From contig CALVEO010000005.1 in NCBI GenBank assembly GCA_944326615.1, positions 294-64,293 on the forward strand: DNA of 64,000 bases, in the 5' to 3' direction. The notes under the pieces were generated by a model. The model was given only the letters and a program-made list of their open reading frames with translations, did no database searches and was not told the origin of the DNA. Position 1 is the stretch's first letter. Every line of letters starts with the position of its first letter. The DNA is from Candidatus Gastranaerophilales bacterium. Its GTDB lineage: Bacteria > Cyanobacteriota > Vampirovibrionia > Gastranaerophilales > Gastranaerophilaceae. Both the position numbers and the translations under genes were made by a program. Positions 27,845 through 38,362 of the stretch are shown piece after piece.

Positions 27845-27904
27845 TAACGTGTCTATGTGTTCTTTTACAACAAAATTTTTATATTAATATCAAATTATTA
27901 ATAA

Positions 27905-29056
27905 CTAATAAGTTGCTTGACGCGTGCGCATGGCCTTCTGTGCTTTTTTACCAAGTAAATTTTGTTTAATAAAGTAAATGATTACACCTATCATAGCAAT
28001 TAAGCATATTGATAATAAAGGTCTATATGCAAACCATGCTATAGCAATTGTCAGCAGTGATAAAATTAATGCAACAAACGCTAGTATAAACGAAGATATA
28101 AATTCTGCCGTTTCTGATAAAAACGGGATAATACTTGCAATAGTTATAATCGGACTTATTAAAAGTTTCAGCCCAAAGAACATAAAGAGAAAACCGACAA
28201 ATCTATACAGCAATGTTAATAACATATTTGTTTGTTTATATTTGTGAATCATTTCATCAAGAGTAAAAAGTCCATTGTATTGTAAATATACAGAACCACT
28301 TCTTGTCATCATTTCGCTGATTGTGTTGTCAAAATTCTGTTTCCCGATTATAGAAACAGCCGTACCTGAAGGTACATAGCTATATGAAATTCTGATATCT
28401 CCTATTTGCGGATTTGAGATGCTGTTTCCTTTATAATAATAATTATCAGATATTTTATAACCACTAAGCGGGGCTAATTTTGTAATATTCTTAAAACCGC
28501 TGATTTTGGATATCTGATTTTCATTTATTATGAATTCTCCCATTTTTCCGTTTGCTGCAGAGATATCTGTTGATTTAATGGGAAATGCAGGATTTTCATA
28601 GCCGGAATGTTTGAAATTATTGGAATTATGTTCCAAGTCATCCCATTTCTGTTCGTACGAATATGTGGTTGTTTTAGTTACACTTCCGCCGATATTTTTG
28701 TGTTTTTCAACCTTTTTTTGTTCAACCCACTGATACATTTCAACTTTTCTATTTAGCCGTAAAGCCTTTCCGACATTAATTAACGAGTCTGAAAGGGTTT
28801 CATCCGTATAAACCTTACCGTTAGTCGCAATTAGTTTGCTGTCATTAGCCCTGTTAACACTATTTGAACTTACCGCCACAGCATTTTTATTAATAAAATC
28901 CTCTTTTTGTATTAAACGTACGCTGTTACCTTCGTTCCACCATAATAAGATAAAAGAAGCGAGGAATAATATTATTCCAAATATTATATTGCCAAAAGCA
29001 TTTTTTACGTTATTTCCATACGAAATTGTTTCAGTTTCTGTAAATTGATTGTTCAT
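27905..29056 (-). CDS. TMEM43 (DUF1625) family membrane protein
   Basis: N-terminal TM then LWWNEG, LNRKVEMYQWVE, PQIGDIRISY, and C-terminal TM helices; RBS AGGAG. Confidence 0.85.
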   Translation of the reverse strand: MNNQFTETETISYGNNVKNAFGNIIFGIILFLASFILLWWNEGNSVRLIQKEDFINKNAVAVSSNSVNRANDSKLIATNGKVYTDETLSDSLINVGKALRLNRKVEMYQWVEQKKVEKHKNIGGSVTKTTTYSYEQKWDDLEHNSNNFKHSGYENPAFPIKSTDISAANGKMGEFIINENQISKISGFKNITKLAPLSGYKISDNYYYKGNSISNPQIGDIRISYSYVPSGTAVSIIGKQNFDNTISEMMTRSGSVYLQYNGLFTLDEMIHKYKQTNMLLTLLYRFVGFLFMFFGLKLLISPIITIASIIPFLSETAEFISSFILAFVALILSLLTIAIAWFAYRPLLSICLIAMIGVIIYFIKQNLLGKKAQKAMRTRQATY

Positions 29057-29250
29057 ATACTCTCCTTTGTTCTAAATTTTAATCTTAACAGGATTAAAAT
29101 TATTTAGAACATACGTATAGAGTATTTAAACACTTCTTTTTCAATGGTTATTGTCATCCAAAGCCGTCAGACGAAAGTTATCAGTTGGGCATACTTGGCT
29201 TACAAAATAAAATTTTATGTTATTATATTTTTATGTCAGGCGTTAAATAT

Positions 29251-29826
29251 ATGCAGGCAAAGTTTTTAATCAGCGCAGAAAAATTAAGCCAGTGTCCGGC
29301 TTATACTCTGCCTGAATTTCCGCTTCTCGGACGTTCAAATGTCGGAAAGTCATCCTTTATAAACGGGCTTGCAAACCACAAAAAACTTGCAAAAACTTCA
29401 AACACTCCCGGTAAAACCAGATTAATAAACTTTTTTCAGTTTTCCGATAAATTCATGATAGCTGATTTGCCCGGCTATGGTTACGCAAAAGTTTCCAAAG
29501 AAGCACAAAACAGGTGGCAGAAATATCTTGAAGAATATCTGCTTAAGCGTGAACAAATAAAATCTCTTGTCCAGCTTATTGACGGCAGGCATGATATTCA
29601 AAAAAATGATTTTCAGATGCGGGAATGGGTTGAAGCTTACAACCTGCCAATTTTTACTGTTGTTACAAAAATGGATTATGTGCCGAAATCAAAAACTCTC
29701 AACGTTATAAAAAATGTTGAAAAACAATTCGGCGGAGTTGTTCTGCCTTTCAGCGCCGTTGACAACAGATATAACGAAAAAATTTTTGAACACTTTTTGA
29801 ATTTTGATAATCCGCAAAATAAATGA
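29251..29826 (+). CDS. engB: Ribosome biogenesis GTPase YihA/YsxC
   Basis: GRSNVGKSS, KTSNTPGKTRLINFF, DLPGYGYAKV, TKMD. Start taken at MQAKF. Confidence 0.95.
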   Translation: MQAKFLISAEKLSQCPAYTLPEFPLLGRSNVGKSSFINGLANHKKLAKTSNTPGKTRLINFFQFSDKFMIADLPGYGYAKVSKEAQNRWQKYLEEYLLKREQIKSLVQLIDGRHDIQKNDFQMREWVEAYNLPIFTVVTKMDYVPKSKTLNVIKNVEKQFGGVVLPFSAVDNRYNEKIFEHFLNFDNPQNK

Positions 29827-29886
29827 CTCTTTATTTAAAGAGCCACTTCCTTTCCAATATGTATCGTTACTAAGTTTATGTATGAA

Positions 29887-30435
29887 TTAATCTTTATTTG
29901 ATTTATATTTATAACTCAATAAGCTGTAAGTATCAGATGAAGATGAACTATCTCCGTAAAATACTGACATATCGGTTGCGCGTCTGTTATTGAATTCATC
30001 TTCCACTTCCATTCTTGCACAATTAACATCATAAGCTGAAATTTCCGCACTAGTAATTCTTCCGTCATGATTTGTGTCCATTTCATCAAAGTGTTCAAGA
30101 ATTTTTGACATAGTGCTTTCTGAAATTCCGCTTGCACCGGAGGCATAAAGTTGTGTTAATTCAGCTTTTGTCAAACCTTGAGCCGATATTCTGTTTGAAA
30201 GATTATTCATCTCGTCTGCCGTAATAATACCGTCTCCGTCATTATCAATAGTGGCAAAATTATTTTGCAGATACGAAGCAAATGTCTGGTTCAATACACC
30301 CGAATTTGTTGTCTTTGTTCTTGCTTCCGTCAAATTTTCAAGCGTTAAACCGTTCGGATACTGTGACGCAAGATATGAATAAGTATTAGTTAAACCGGCA
30401 TAAACTCCGGCAAGTATTCCGTTATTATTAGCCAT
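29887..30435 (-). CDS. EF-hand calcium-binding protein
   Basis: Two canonical loops, DNDGDGIITADE and DTNHDGRITSAE. Confidence 0.8.
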   Translation of the reverse strand: MANNNGILAGVYAGLTNTYSYLASQYPNGLTLENLTEARTKTTNSGVLNQTFASYLQNNFATIDNDGDGIITADEMNNLSNRISAQGLTKAELTQLYASGASGISESTMSKILEHFDEMDTNHDGRITSAEISAYDVNCARMEVEDEFNNRRATDMSVFYGDSSSSSDTYSLLSYKYKSNKD

Positions 30436-30613
30436 ACTACAACCTCGAATTTCTACTTTCTCACAAATATGTTAATGATTTCCAAGTAAAAGTCAAACCT
30501 CCAAAAAGATGAGATTGTAAAAATATGTAACAAACATTCTTAAAATATTAAAGTTTATACACTAAATAACCGATATAAATTTTGTTGACAGATTTTATAA
30601 GGAGTGTGTACTC

Positions 30614-30838
30614 ATGGATGAACAAAAATTTACGGATATGGAAGATTTAATGCTTGATTACGGTGAAATGACAAGTTTTGACTTTAATTCACTGGATTAC
30701 AAACAGGTCAGAGAATTGCAGAATATTACCGACAGTGAATATGCAAAAAAACCTTATCCTTTTAAATACGGGTATTTTGATCTTGTGGATATGATTCATT
30801 CATTCATAACCGCTTATCAAAAAAAGGAAAATGCGTAG
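30614..30838 (+). CDS. Small hypothetical protein
   Basis: 74-aa ORF with an AAGGAG RBS. Confidence 0.55.
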   Translation: MDEQKFTDMEDLMLDYGEMTSFDFNSLDYKQVRELQNITDSEYAKKPYPFKYGYFDLVDMIHSFITAYQKKENA

Positions 30839-30883
30839 CTGTTGATTATAGGTGTATCTTAAAAAATTTAAGGGTGAAGTGTT

Positions 30884-31096
30884 ATGAACGATAAAGAACT
30901 TTTTGAAAATAATTGTTTTCCGCTATTTTGGCTGGAAGATGAAGAACGTTTCGCAAAGCAGGAACCGCAAAGAAAAGATTTGCAAACCCTGCTTGCGGAA
31001 CTTGAGGACATAAAAAATCGTATAGATGAAATCAGTGCAAGAGAATGGCATCTTGCAAAACTTGTGAAGTTTCACAAAGAGGGATTTGCCCCCTAA
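30884..31096 (+). CDS. Small hypothetical protein
   Basis: 70-aa ORF with a coiled-coil-like heptad pattern. Confidence 0.5.
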   Translation: MNDKELFENNCFPLFWLEDEERFAKQEPQRKDLQTLLAELEDIKNRIDEISAREWHLAKLVKFHKEGFAP

Positions 31097-31189
31097 CCCC
31101 GCAGTTAAGATCGGCTGCCGAGATTTGGGAATAGCTTTTAAAAATTTATAACAATACATATCGTTGAAATTTTTTCAACGATTTTTTTT

Positions 31190-31819
31190 TTATTGTACAC
31201 TTTTGACAAAATTTAAAACTTTAAACCCGCGTTTTTTCTTTTCAAGTTCAATATCGGGCAGTTCATAACATTTTATGCAGCGTGCTTCATAGGTTTCATC
31301 ACCGCCTATCATAATCAGCGGAGAATTTTTATCTGCCGGTTTTCCGTCAATAAGTCTTTGCGTACGCGTTGCATTTTCGCATCCGCATTTCATACAAACT
31401 GCATGGAGTTTGTCAACTTTTGTTGCAATACACATCAATTCCGGCATACTCCCAAACGGTTCTGCTTTAAAATCAAGCTCCAAGCCGGTACCGATAACTT
31501 TTTTGCCTTCATCCATAAGCTTTGCAATAACTTTAACTATATTTTTGTCAAAAAACTGAAGCTCATCTATAGCAATTACTTCATCTTCCGGCTTTACAAT
31601 ACTCATAATCTGTATGGAATGTTTAACTTTTATTGCATCAAGCCATAACCCGTTTCTTGATTCAATGTAATCACCTTTTGAACGTGTATCAATATCAGGG
31701 GAAATAACTTTTACTTTTCTTTTTGCAATAATTGAGCGCCTGACACGTCTTAAAAGTTCTTCTGTTTTGCCGCAGCTCATCGGCCCTGTGATTAATTCAA
31801 ACGAATATCCAAAATCCAT
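31190..31819 (-). CDS. tdk: Thymidine kinase (type II)
   Basis: TGPMSCGKTEEL, AIDELQFF, GLELDFKAEPFG, CMKC...ATRTQR, YEARC. Confidence 0.96.
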   Translation of the reverse strand: MDFGYSFELITGPMSCGKTEELLRRVRRSIIAKRKVKVISPDIDTRSKGDYIESRNGLWLDAIKVKHSIQIMSIVKPEDEVIAIDELQFFDKNIVKVIAKLMDEGKKVIGTGLELDFKAEPFGSMPELMCIATKVDKLHAVCMKCGCENATRTQRLIDGKPADKNSPLIMIGGDETYEARCIKCYELPDIELEKKKRGFKVLNFVKSVQ

Positions 31820-31893
31820 AATAATTTTCCCAAAACTATTGTTCTTATTTGATATATTTATTATACAACTTTGATAAAAATTTGAAAAGTAAA

Positions 31894-32691
31894 TTAATGT
31901 AAAATTTTGTCGCGCAATTTTTTCAACCCTGCGCCGTAAAAATATCTTAACTGTTCCGGGAAATTTTCCTGAATATCAATCATATACATATCATGAACAG
32001 TAAAAGCTTTTATAAGAAATACAACCTCCGGATTTTTGGTCCAAATCACTTCAGGGTTGTCATTTTTCAAAGGCTGGGTAATACCGAACAAGCCTTCCGA
32101 ATTATCTGCAGACAGAAACACAAATTTCCCGTTAAAGTAGTGTTCAAGCATACGTATGCCCGAATGCTGGAATGATTTGCCAAAATTACATACAAAATTG
32201 TCATATTTTACAATTTTTACATCCAATCCGCGGTTATAAGCGTCAAGAAGGTGAGTTTCAAGATATTTGTAATCCTGGGCAAAAAGAGCAATAAATATTG
32301 ATTTTTGTGCACTTTTTATTATCTCTTCAATTTTTGCAATAACTTTTGTTCTTCCGCTAATTGACAAAACAGGTTCAATGTAGTTTTCTTCTTTTATATC
32401 CGGAAGTTTTTTTTCAAGAAAATTAATTGTGGAATCGATTTTTCTTTTGTAGCGCTTTGTCAATTCTTTCGGTTTAATCGGGGTATACGTTACCGGTTTT
32501 GTATTTGTAGGTATTACAATATGCAGACTTTCAAGCATTTTTAAAGTGTCATAGGCTCGGGATTGTGGAATATTTGCAAGTTTTGCAATTTCATAGCCGG
32601 TTGCCGGGAACTTTTTCAAAAGAGCAACATAAACTTTTGACTGATATTCGTTAAGACCTATTTCTTTTAATTTTTCGATAACTTCATCCAT
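31894..32691 (-). CDS. TrmB-family transcriptional regulator
   Basis: LKEIGLNEYQSKVYVALL...ATGYEIAKLANIPQSRAYDTL. Confidence 0.9.
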   Translation of the reverse strand: MDEVIEKLKEIGLNEYQSKVYVALLKKFPATGYEIAKLANIPQSRAYDTLKMLESLHIVIPTNTKPVTYTPIKPKELTKRYKRKIDSTINFLEKKLPDIKEENYIEPVLSISGRTKVIAKIEEIIKSAQKSIFIALFAQDYKYLETHLLDAYNRGLDVKIVKYDNFVCNFGKSFQHSGIRMLEHYFNGKFVFLSADNSEGLFGITQPLKNDNPEVIWTKNPEVVFLIKAFTVHDMYMIDIQENFPEQLRYFYGAGLKKLRDKILH

Positions 32692-32805
32692 AAAATGAGT
32701 TTAGCGGAACTTTGAATTTTAGGCAAGCTGTATAAAAAACATTTAGATTAAAAATAGGGTTTAATTGTGGTTTGTCTGCTTTTTAGAGTAAGTGAAAATT
32801 TTAAT

Positions 32806-33720
32806 TTATGCTCTAGGGTGAGCCTCATTGTAAACTTCTTTTAAATGCCTTGATGAAACATGGGTGTAAATTTGAGTGTTAGAAATGCTCGCATGTCCCA
32901 AAAGTTCCTGTACAATCCTTAAATCCGCACCGTTTTCTATCAAATGCGTTGCAAAACTGTGCCGGAATACGTGAGGTGTTACGTGTTTTGGAAGGTTTAT
33001 TTTTTCAACAACATCATTTATTACATTTCTTATGGTTCTTGTCTGCAGTCTGTAACCTGTGTTATTTATAAAAACAGGAGACTCTTCACTTGTATCAGGA
33101 ACCGGAAAATCTTTCGGAATAAGTGAACGGGCGCTTTCAATATAACGTATAAGGAAATTTTTAGCCCTGTCTGTTACAAGAATAATTCTTTCCTTTGAGC
33201 CTTTGCCAAAAACTCTGATTTCGTTATGTTCAAGGTTTAAATCACCGAAGTTTAATCCTGATAATTCCGAAATTCTCATTCCAGTAGCCCACAAAAGCTC
33301 CAGAATTGTTCTGTTCCTGTAACCAGCCGGTGTTTCAATTTTTGTATTGTTTAAAATTTGTTCTACTTCGTCAGGCGTTAAAAATTTAGGCAGTGATTTA
33401 GGCCGCTTCGGTGCGTTAAGATTAATTGCCGGATTTGAATTGACTTTGCGTTCCCTGTATAAATATTTATAAAATGTTCTTAATGATGCAATTTTTCGCG
33501 CAATTGTTGTTTTTTTGTAATTAAACTTTTGTATAAAATGAAGGTATTCCCTGATTTTTTCAAAATTTACATTTTCACAGGATGTTTCATCTATCCATAA
33601 AAGAAAGCTTAAGATATCAGAACAATAAGCCTTTGCCGTATGTTTTGAGAAATTCTTTTCTGCAATTATATATGATTTGAAATCCTCTAAATCCTGTCTT
33701 GAGTCATTATTTATTGCCAT
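32806..33720 (-). CDS. xerC: Tyrosine recombinase XerC
   Basis: EKNFSKHTAKAYCSD, RNRTILELLWATGMRISEL, GKGSKER, TPHVFRHSFATHL...QELLGH...TQIYT. Confidence 0.85.
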   Translation of the reverse strand: MAINNDSRQDLEDFKSYIIAEKNFSKHTAKAYCSDILSFLLWIDETSCENVNFEKIREYLHFIQKFNYKKTTIARKIASLRTFYKYLYRERKVNSNPAINLNAPKRPKSLPKFLTPDEVEQILNNTKIETPAGYRNRTILELLWATGMRISELSGLNFGDLNLEHNEIRVFGKGSKERIILVTDRAKNFLIRYIESARSLIPKDFPVPDTSEESPVFINNTGYRLQTRTIRNVINDVVEKINLPKHVTPHVFRHSFATHLIENGADLRIVQELLGHASISNTQIYTHVSSRHLKEVYNEAHPRA

Positions 33721-33847
33721 ACAATTCTTATTACCTTTTTATATAAATTTTCTACTTCATTTATATTATTGCTTTTTTATAATGACTATTATACAATATT
33801 TTTGGAAGAATTAAAATAATTAATTATTAAATCCTGCAGGAGAAAAC

Positions 33848-35701
33848 ATGAATTATAAAAAGTTATTAATATCGTCTATCGTCGTTATGGCTGCTCTGTC
33901 AACCCAGGTGTATGCAAAAGAATTGCAGGCACAGGTTCAGAAAAGCACTGCAAACAAGGCTAAAGCCGTTAAATCTGCACCTGTTCAGTCTTCTACACAG
34001 GCTTACCCCGAAATTTCAAGACTTATTGAATACAATCATTGTGCTGAAGCTGATGAAAAAATAAAACAGCTTTTGAATTTAAAACCTAATGATGTCAACC
34101 TTCTGGCATTGAGAATGGTATCTCTTGCCAAACAGCATAAACTTGATCCTGCACAAAAAGAACTTGATAAACTGCTTAAGCAGTACCCCAAAAACCCGAC
34201 GCTTCATTATGCGCAGGGGCTTGTATATCTCCAGAGGACAACTTCTTCCGATGTTGCTTATATTAAAAATACAAGAGGTTTGATTAACAATTCGATCAGA
34301 GAATTTGTTAATGCTGTTAATTTGAATAGCAAATACTATGAAGCATATAACGCTATGGGCGTTGCTACTTTAAAACTCGGCAACAAAAATGATGCTGTTG
34401 ATTTATTTAACACAGCACTTAAAATTAACCCTTCATTTGCAACAGCATACGATAATATTGGCGTTGTCGAAATGATGAACGGCAATCTTGACTCTGCTGA
34501 AAACTATTTTATGAAAGCCATGAAGTATAATACACATAACCCTACTGCATGGTATCACATGGCTCAGGTTGAAACACGCAGAGGCAATTATTCAAAAGCT
34601 TTGACATGGGTAAACCATTCAGTGCACGTTAATCCGAATTCATCACCAGCTTTGACTTTGCAGGGTGAATTATATTTGAAACAGGGTAATCAGGCTGCCG
34701 CTATAAATTCTTTCAAAAAAGCACAGATTGTAAAACCTGAAAACTCAAGACCATATCTCAACCTTGCAACGATTTACGAAAACCGCGCTGATGAAGAATT
34801 TGCAATGGAACAATTGAAAACCGCAATAGCAATTAACCCTAACTACCAGGAAGGCAAGTTAAGAATTGCAAATATGGCTTTGCATATCAGAAAATATGAT
34901 CAGGCTCTTGATTATTATTCAAAACTTGTCGGTGATTCTGATTATAACGATGAAGCAATTGTCGGTCTTGCAAATACTTATTACGAAATGGCAAAAGACC
35001 GCGGTAATAATGAAGGTATAACTACTAATAAAGAAGTTTACCTTGCTTATGATTATATAAATCAGGCGATTGAAAAATGTCCTGAGGATTTAAAACTTCA
35101 CCTTGCAAAATTAAAACTTGCAAGACTTGTACATCAGGAGCCGCTTTCAAGAGACAGCTTGAATTATATTATTCAGGCTGCCGGCAACAATCTTATGGAC
35201 AGTGTAATTAAAGGTGAGGCTTACCTTGCTATGGGCAGAGAAAAGGATGCTGTTTATACGTTTGAAAATGCTATAAATTTCTCAAATTCTGTTGATGATG
35301 ACCTTTATCTTGCAGAAATTCTTGTCCATAATAAGCAGTTTAGAACAGCAAGACTCGCTTTGCAAAAAGCACTGACAAAAGATCCCGGCAATGTTATTGC
35401 TAAAAACGGAATTGCATATATTAATCTTTGCGAAACAAAATCAAATGAATTCTTTGATATCGCTCAAAGAGAATACCAGCAGAATAACTATGCATCAGCT
35501 ATTGAATACTGCAACCGCGCTATAGATTTCTACCACAACAGCGCGCAGATTGCCAAGCTGAAAGCTATGTCTTATGAAAAAGAATTAAACTACAGAGGGG
35601 CAATAAAATATTATCAACAGTATTTAGCAATGAACCCCAATGCCGGAGACAAAATTGAAATCAATAAAAAAATTGAAAAATTCAAAGTTAAAGCAAAATA
35701 A
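33848..35701 (+). CDS. Secreted multi-TPR protein
   Basis: Signal peptide; many TPR repeats (ALKINPSFATAYDNIG). Confidence 0.9.
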   Translation: MNYKKLLISSIVVMAALSTQVYAKELQAQVQKSTANKAKAVKSAPVQSSTQAYPEISRLIEYNHCAEADEKIKQLLNLKPNDVNLLALRMVSLAKQHKLDPAQKELDKLLKQYPKNPTLHYAQGLVYLQRTTSSDVAYIKNTRGLINNSIREFVNAVNLNSKYYEAYNAMGVATLKLGNKNDAVDLFNTALKINPSFATAYDNIGVVEMMNGNLDSAENYFMKAMKYNTHNPTAWYHMAQVETRRGNYSKALTWVNHSVHVNPNSSPALTLQGELYLKQGNQAAAINSFKKAQIVKPENSRPYLNLATIYENRADEEFAMEQLKTAIAINPNYQEGKLRIANMALHIRKYDQALDYYSKLVGDSDYNDEAIVGLANTYYEMAKDRGNNEGITTNKEVYLAYDYINQAIEKCPEDLKLHLAKLKLARLVHQEPLSRDSLNYIIQAAGNNLMDSVIKGEAYLAMGREKDAVYTFENAINFSNSVDDDLYLAEILVHNKQFRTARLALQKALTKDPGNVIAKNGIAYINLCETKSNEFFDIAQREYQQNNYASAIEYCNRAIDFYHNSAQIAKLKAMSYEKELNYRGAIKYYQQYLAMNPNAGDKIEINKKIEKFKVKAK

Positions 35702-35713
35702 TCAAAACCAGAC

Positions 35714-35974
35714 ATGAAAAAAAAATTCGATATTCGAAAAACATTTGAAATATTTTTGAGAGAGCCCGTCAGTGTACTTACTGAAGGGCTGTTTCAACTT
35801 GTCAATATAGAAAATAATATTTTCAGCCAAAAACCTTATGTCAATGTTGATTTTGTTAACAGAAAAACACAAATTACCGTAGTAAACAGTGAAAAAATGT
35901 ATAATCTTTTCCAAAAAGTTTTGTTTCAGCAGAAGTTAAAAGAACAAAAGCAGAAGGTTTTGAGCAAAAATTAA
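35714..35974 (+). CDS. Hypothetical protein
   Basis: 86-aa ORF co-directional with and tightly between the TPR gene and recJ. Confidence 0.5.
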   Translation: MKKKFDIRKTFEIFLREPVSVLTEGLFQLVNIENNIFSQKPYVNVDFVNRKTQITVVNSEKMYNLFQKVLFQQKLKEQKQKVLSKN

Positions 35975-36007
35975 AAATGTATATAAATTTTATGTTATGA
36001 TTTAATT

Positions 36008-38347
36008 ATGGCAATGAAAGAGTGGATATTTAATAAATACGACGGGCAGGAAAAATCACTTATAAAAAGACTTTTGCATTCAAGGGGAGTAAAAACGGAC
36101 GAAGAGATTTATGAGTTTTTACACCCGCTTGAGATGAAATTAACTCATCCGAAAGTTTTTACAGATATGGAAAAATGTGTTGAAAGGCTCTCTTATGCAA
36201 TAGATAACGGAGAAAAAATCGTTATCCATGGGGACTTTGATGCTGACGGTGTTACATCTACCTCTCTTTTATACAGAACTTTCAAATTCCTCGGAGCAGA
36301 TGTAAATTATTTTATACCTGACAGAGAAAAAGAAGGGCATGGATTTGATACAAAAGCACTTGTAAAAATTATGACACAGGTCAAGCCAAAAGTTATAATT
36401 TCCTGCGACTGCGGAATTTCTGATGTTGATGCAGTAAATTTTTTAAACAGCTTTAAAATAGATGTAATAATTACAGACCACCATGAAGCGCCTGAAATTT
36501 TACCTAAAGCCTACGGGATAATAAATCCGAAAGCTCCTGACGCTCTGGATGAAAAATTAAGTGCAAAACAGATAGAAAGTTTGACATCCCTTGCCGGCGT
36601 TGGTGTTGCTTTCAAAACAGCACAGGCGCTTTTAGAAAAATACAACAAACTTGAATTTATACCGGAAATTTTGCCTTATGTTGCAGTCGGCACTGTTGCC
36701 GATGTTGTTCCGCTCATCGGTGAAAACAGATACTTTGTAACAAAGGGGTTAGAATTAATCTCTAACGGGAAACATTACGGTCTTTCAAGACTTTTGGAAA
36801 GTGCAGGTTATAAAGGACAAATTACATCAGAACAAATTGCTTTCGGTATTGCCCCCAGAATTAACGCATCAGGAAGATTAGATACTGTCGAAGCAGCCTT
36901 AAAAGTGCTTATTTCAGATAACAGACAGGAAATTGAAATAGCTATTCAGTCGCTTAACGAATTTAACAGGGTGCGTCAGGAACTTTGCCAGAATATTTTT
37001 GCCGAAGCCGATGAAATGGTGAAAAAAGAAGGAAATAAAAATTCCGCAATCGTGCTGTTTAACAAAGAGTGGCACATAGGAATAATCGGAATTGTTGCAT
37101 CCATGCTTGTAGAAAAATATTACAAACCGACATTTTTGATGACTTATTCCGACGAGACAAAACAGTTCAGATGCTCTGCAAGAAGTATCGAAGGTATAAA
37201 TCTTTATGACGCAATTTCCGCTAATTCCGAACTTTTTGACGGCTTTGGCGGGCATGCAATGGCGGCAGGACTTGCATTCAGTGAAGAAAAATCTTCATTT
37301 GATACGGTTAAATCCGCACTTTGTAAAACAGTTAAAGAGATGTCGCAGGGCAAAGAGTTAAAACCGTTTATAAATATAGATCTGGAGCTTATGCCCGATG
37401 ATATTGACATTGAACTTGTCGAACAGCTATCACAGCTGGAACCTTTCGGGGCATCAAATCCAAGCCCTGTTTTTGCATTGAAAAATCTTACAATCAAAGA
37501 AAAACGCCTGATGGGTGAGAATAAAAATCACTTGCGTATAATCTGTCAGTCAGGGAATACAGATTTTACCTGTATCCGCTGGAAGGAAGGCGATATTTCG
37601 CTTGTAAAAGGTGATACTCTGGACATTGCTTTTCATCCGCAAATTAATGAATTCAACGGCATTACATCAGTCCAGCTTATAATCGACGATATTCATTCCG
37701 AACATCTGAAAGAAGAAGAAATTACAAATAAACAAAAAATATACGACCACCGTAAAAAAACTGATATTTTACCACAGGTTAATGATTACGTAAAAAATTC
37801 AAAACAGAATATTCTGATTTTTGCAGAAAGCAAACCCGTTTCAGATAAATTAAAACCATTTTCTGCGCTTTATGCAAGAATAATTAACCGCGATACTCTC
37901 CGTCCATGCGATTCTCTGATGCTTTTTGATTATCCGGCTGACAGAGAGACATTTGACAGAATTTTACATCAGACAAACCCTATTTCAATTCATTTTATGA
38001 ATTATGATATTAAATGCACCGATGAGGAAGAATTTTTAAAGACTGTCTGCGGTATGCTGAAATTTGCCTGCCATAATAACGGAGGAAAAGTTGAACTAAG
38101 GAGATGTGCAAGTTTTCTTGGCAAATCTTACAAAGTATTTGAACTTCTGTTTTCTATCTTTGAAGAAATCGGGTTAATCAAAATAAAAGAACATACAAAA
38201 GATTACTTTGTCATTGATTATAATTCAGGTGTTGATATTACAAAAGTTCTTCATTCCGCAAAGTATGCGCTTTTAACTGATTTAATCGGTGAATGCGAGG
38301 AATTTCAAAAAACATTGCTGGAAGATGATGTATATACACTTGTATAA
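36008..38347 (+). CDS. recJ: ssDNA-specific exonuclease RecJ
   Basis: HGDFDADGVTS, ITDHH, GTVADVVPL, APRINASGR, GGHAMAAG, LEPFGASNP. Confidence 0.97.
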   Translation: MAMKEWIFNKYDGQEKSLIKRLLHSRGVKTDEEIYEFLHPLEMKLTHPKVFTDMEKCVERLSYAIDNGEKIVIHGDFDADGVTSTSLLYRTFKFLGADVNYFIPDREKEGHGFDTKALVKIMTQVKPKVIISCDCGISDVDAVNFLNSFKIDVIITDHHEAPEILPKAYGIINPKAPDALDEKLSAKQIESLTSLAGVGVAFKTAQALLEKYNKLEFIPEILPYVAVGTVADVVPLIGENRYFVTKGLELISNGKHYGLSRLLESAGYKGQITSEQIAFGIAPRINASGRLDTVEAALKVLISDNRQEIEIAIQSLNEFNRVRQELCQNIFAEADEMVKKEGNKNSAIVLFNKEWHIGIIGIVASMLVEKYYKPTFLMTYSDETKQFRCSARSIEGINLYDAISANSELFDGFGGHAMAAGLAFSEEKSSFDTVKSALCKTVKEMSQGKELKPFINIDLELMPDDIDIELVEQLSQLEPFGASNPSPVFALKNLTIKEKRLMGENKNHLRIICQSGNTDFTCIRWKEGDISLVKGDTLDIAFHPQINEFNGITSVQLIIDDIHSEHLKEEEITNKQKIYDHRKKTDILPQVNDYVKNSKQNILIFAESKPVSDKLKPFSALYARIINRDTLRPCDSLMLFDYPADRETFDRILHQTNPISIHFMNYDIKCTDEEEFLKTVCGMLKFACHNNGGKVELRRCASFLGKSYKVFELLFSIFEEIGLIKIKEHTKDYFVIDYNSGVDITKVLHSAKYALLTDLIGECEEFQKTLLEDDVYTLV

Positions 38348-38362
38348 AAAATATTCCAATTT

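Noticed and set aside
26140-27905. tRNA-anchored integrative island
   Set aside because: No integrase is adjacent and I found no duplicate of the tRNA 3' end in the window.
31088-31135. CCCCCTAACCCCGCAG...CTGC as another CCCTC-family repeat
   Set aside because: It lacks the terminal CCCTC/GAGGG hairpin and is too degenerate to assign.
32806-33720. Tyrosine recombinase as a prophage or island integrase (also 58899-59759)
   Set aside because: Both are ~300 aa with XerC/XerD-type motifs, sit among housekeeping genes, and have no phage genes or att-like repeats nearby.
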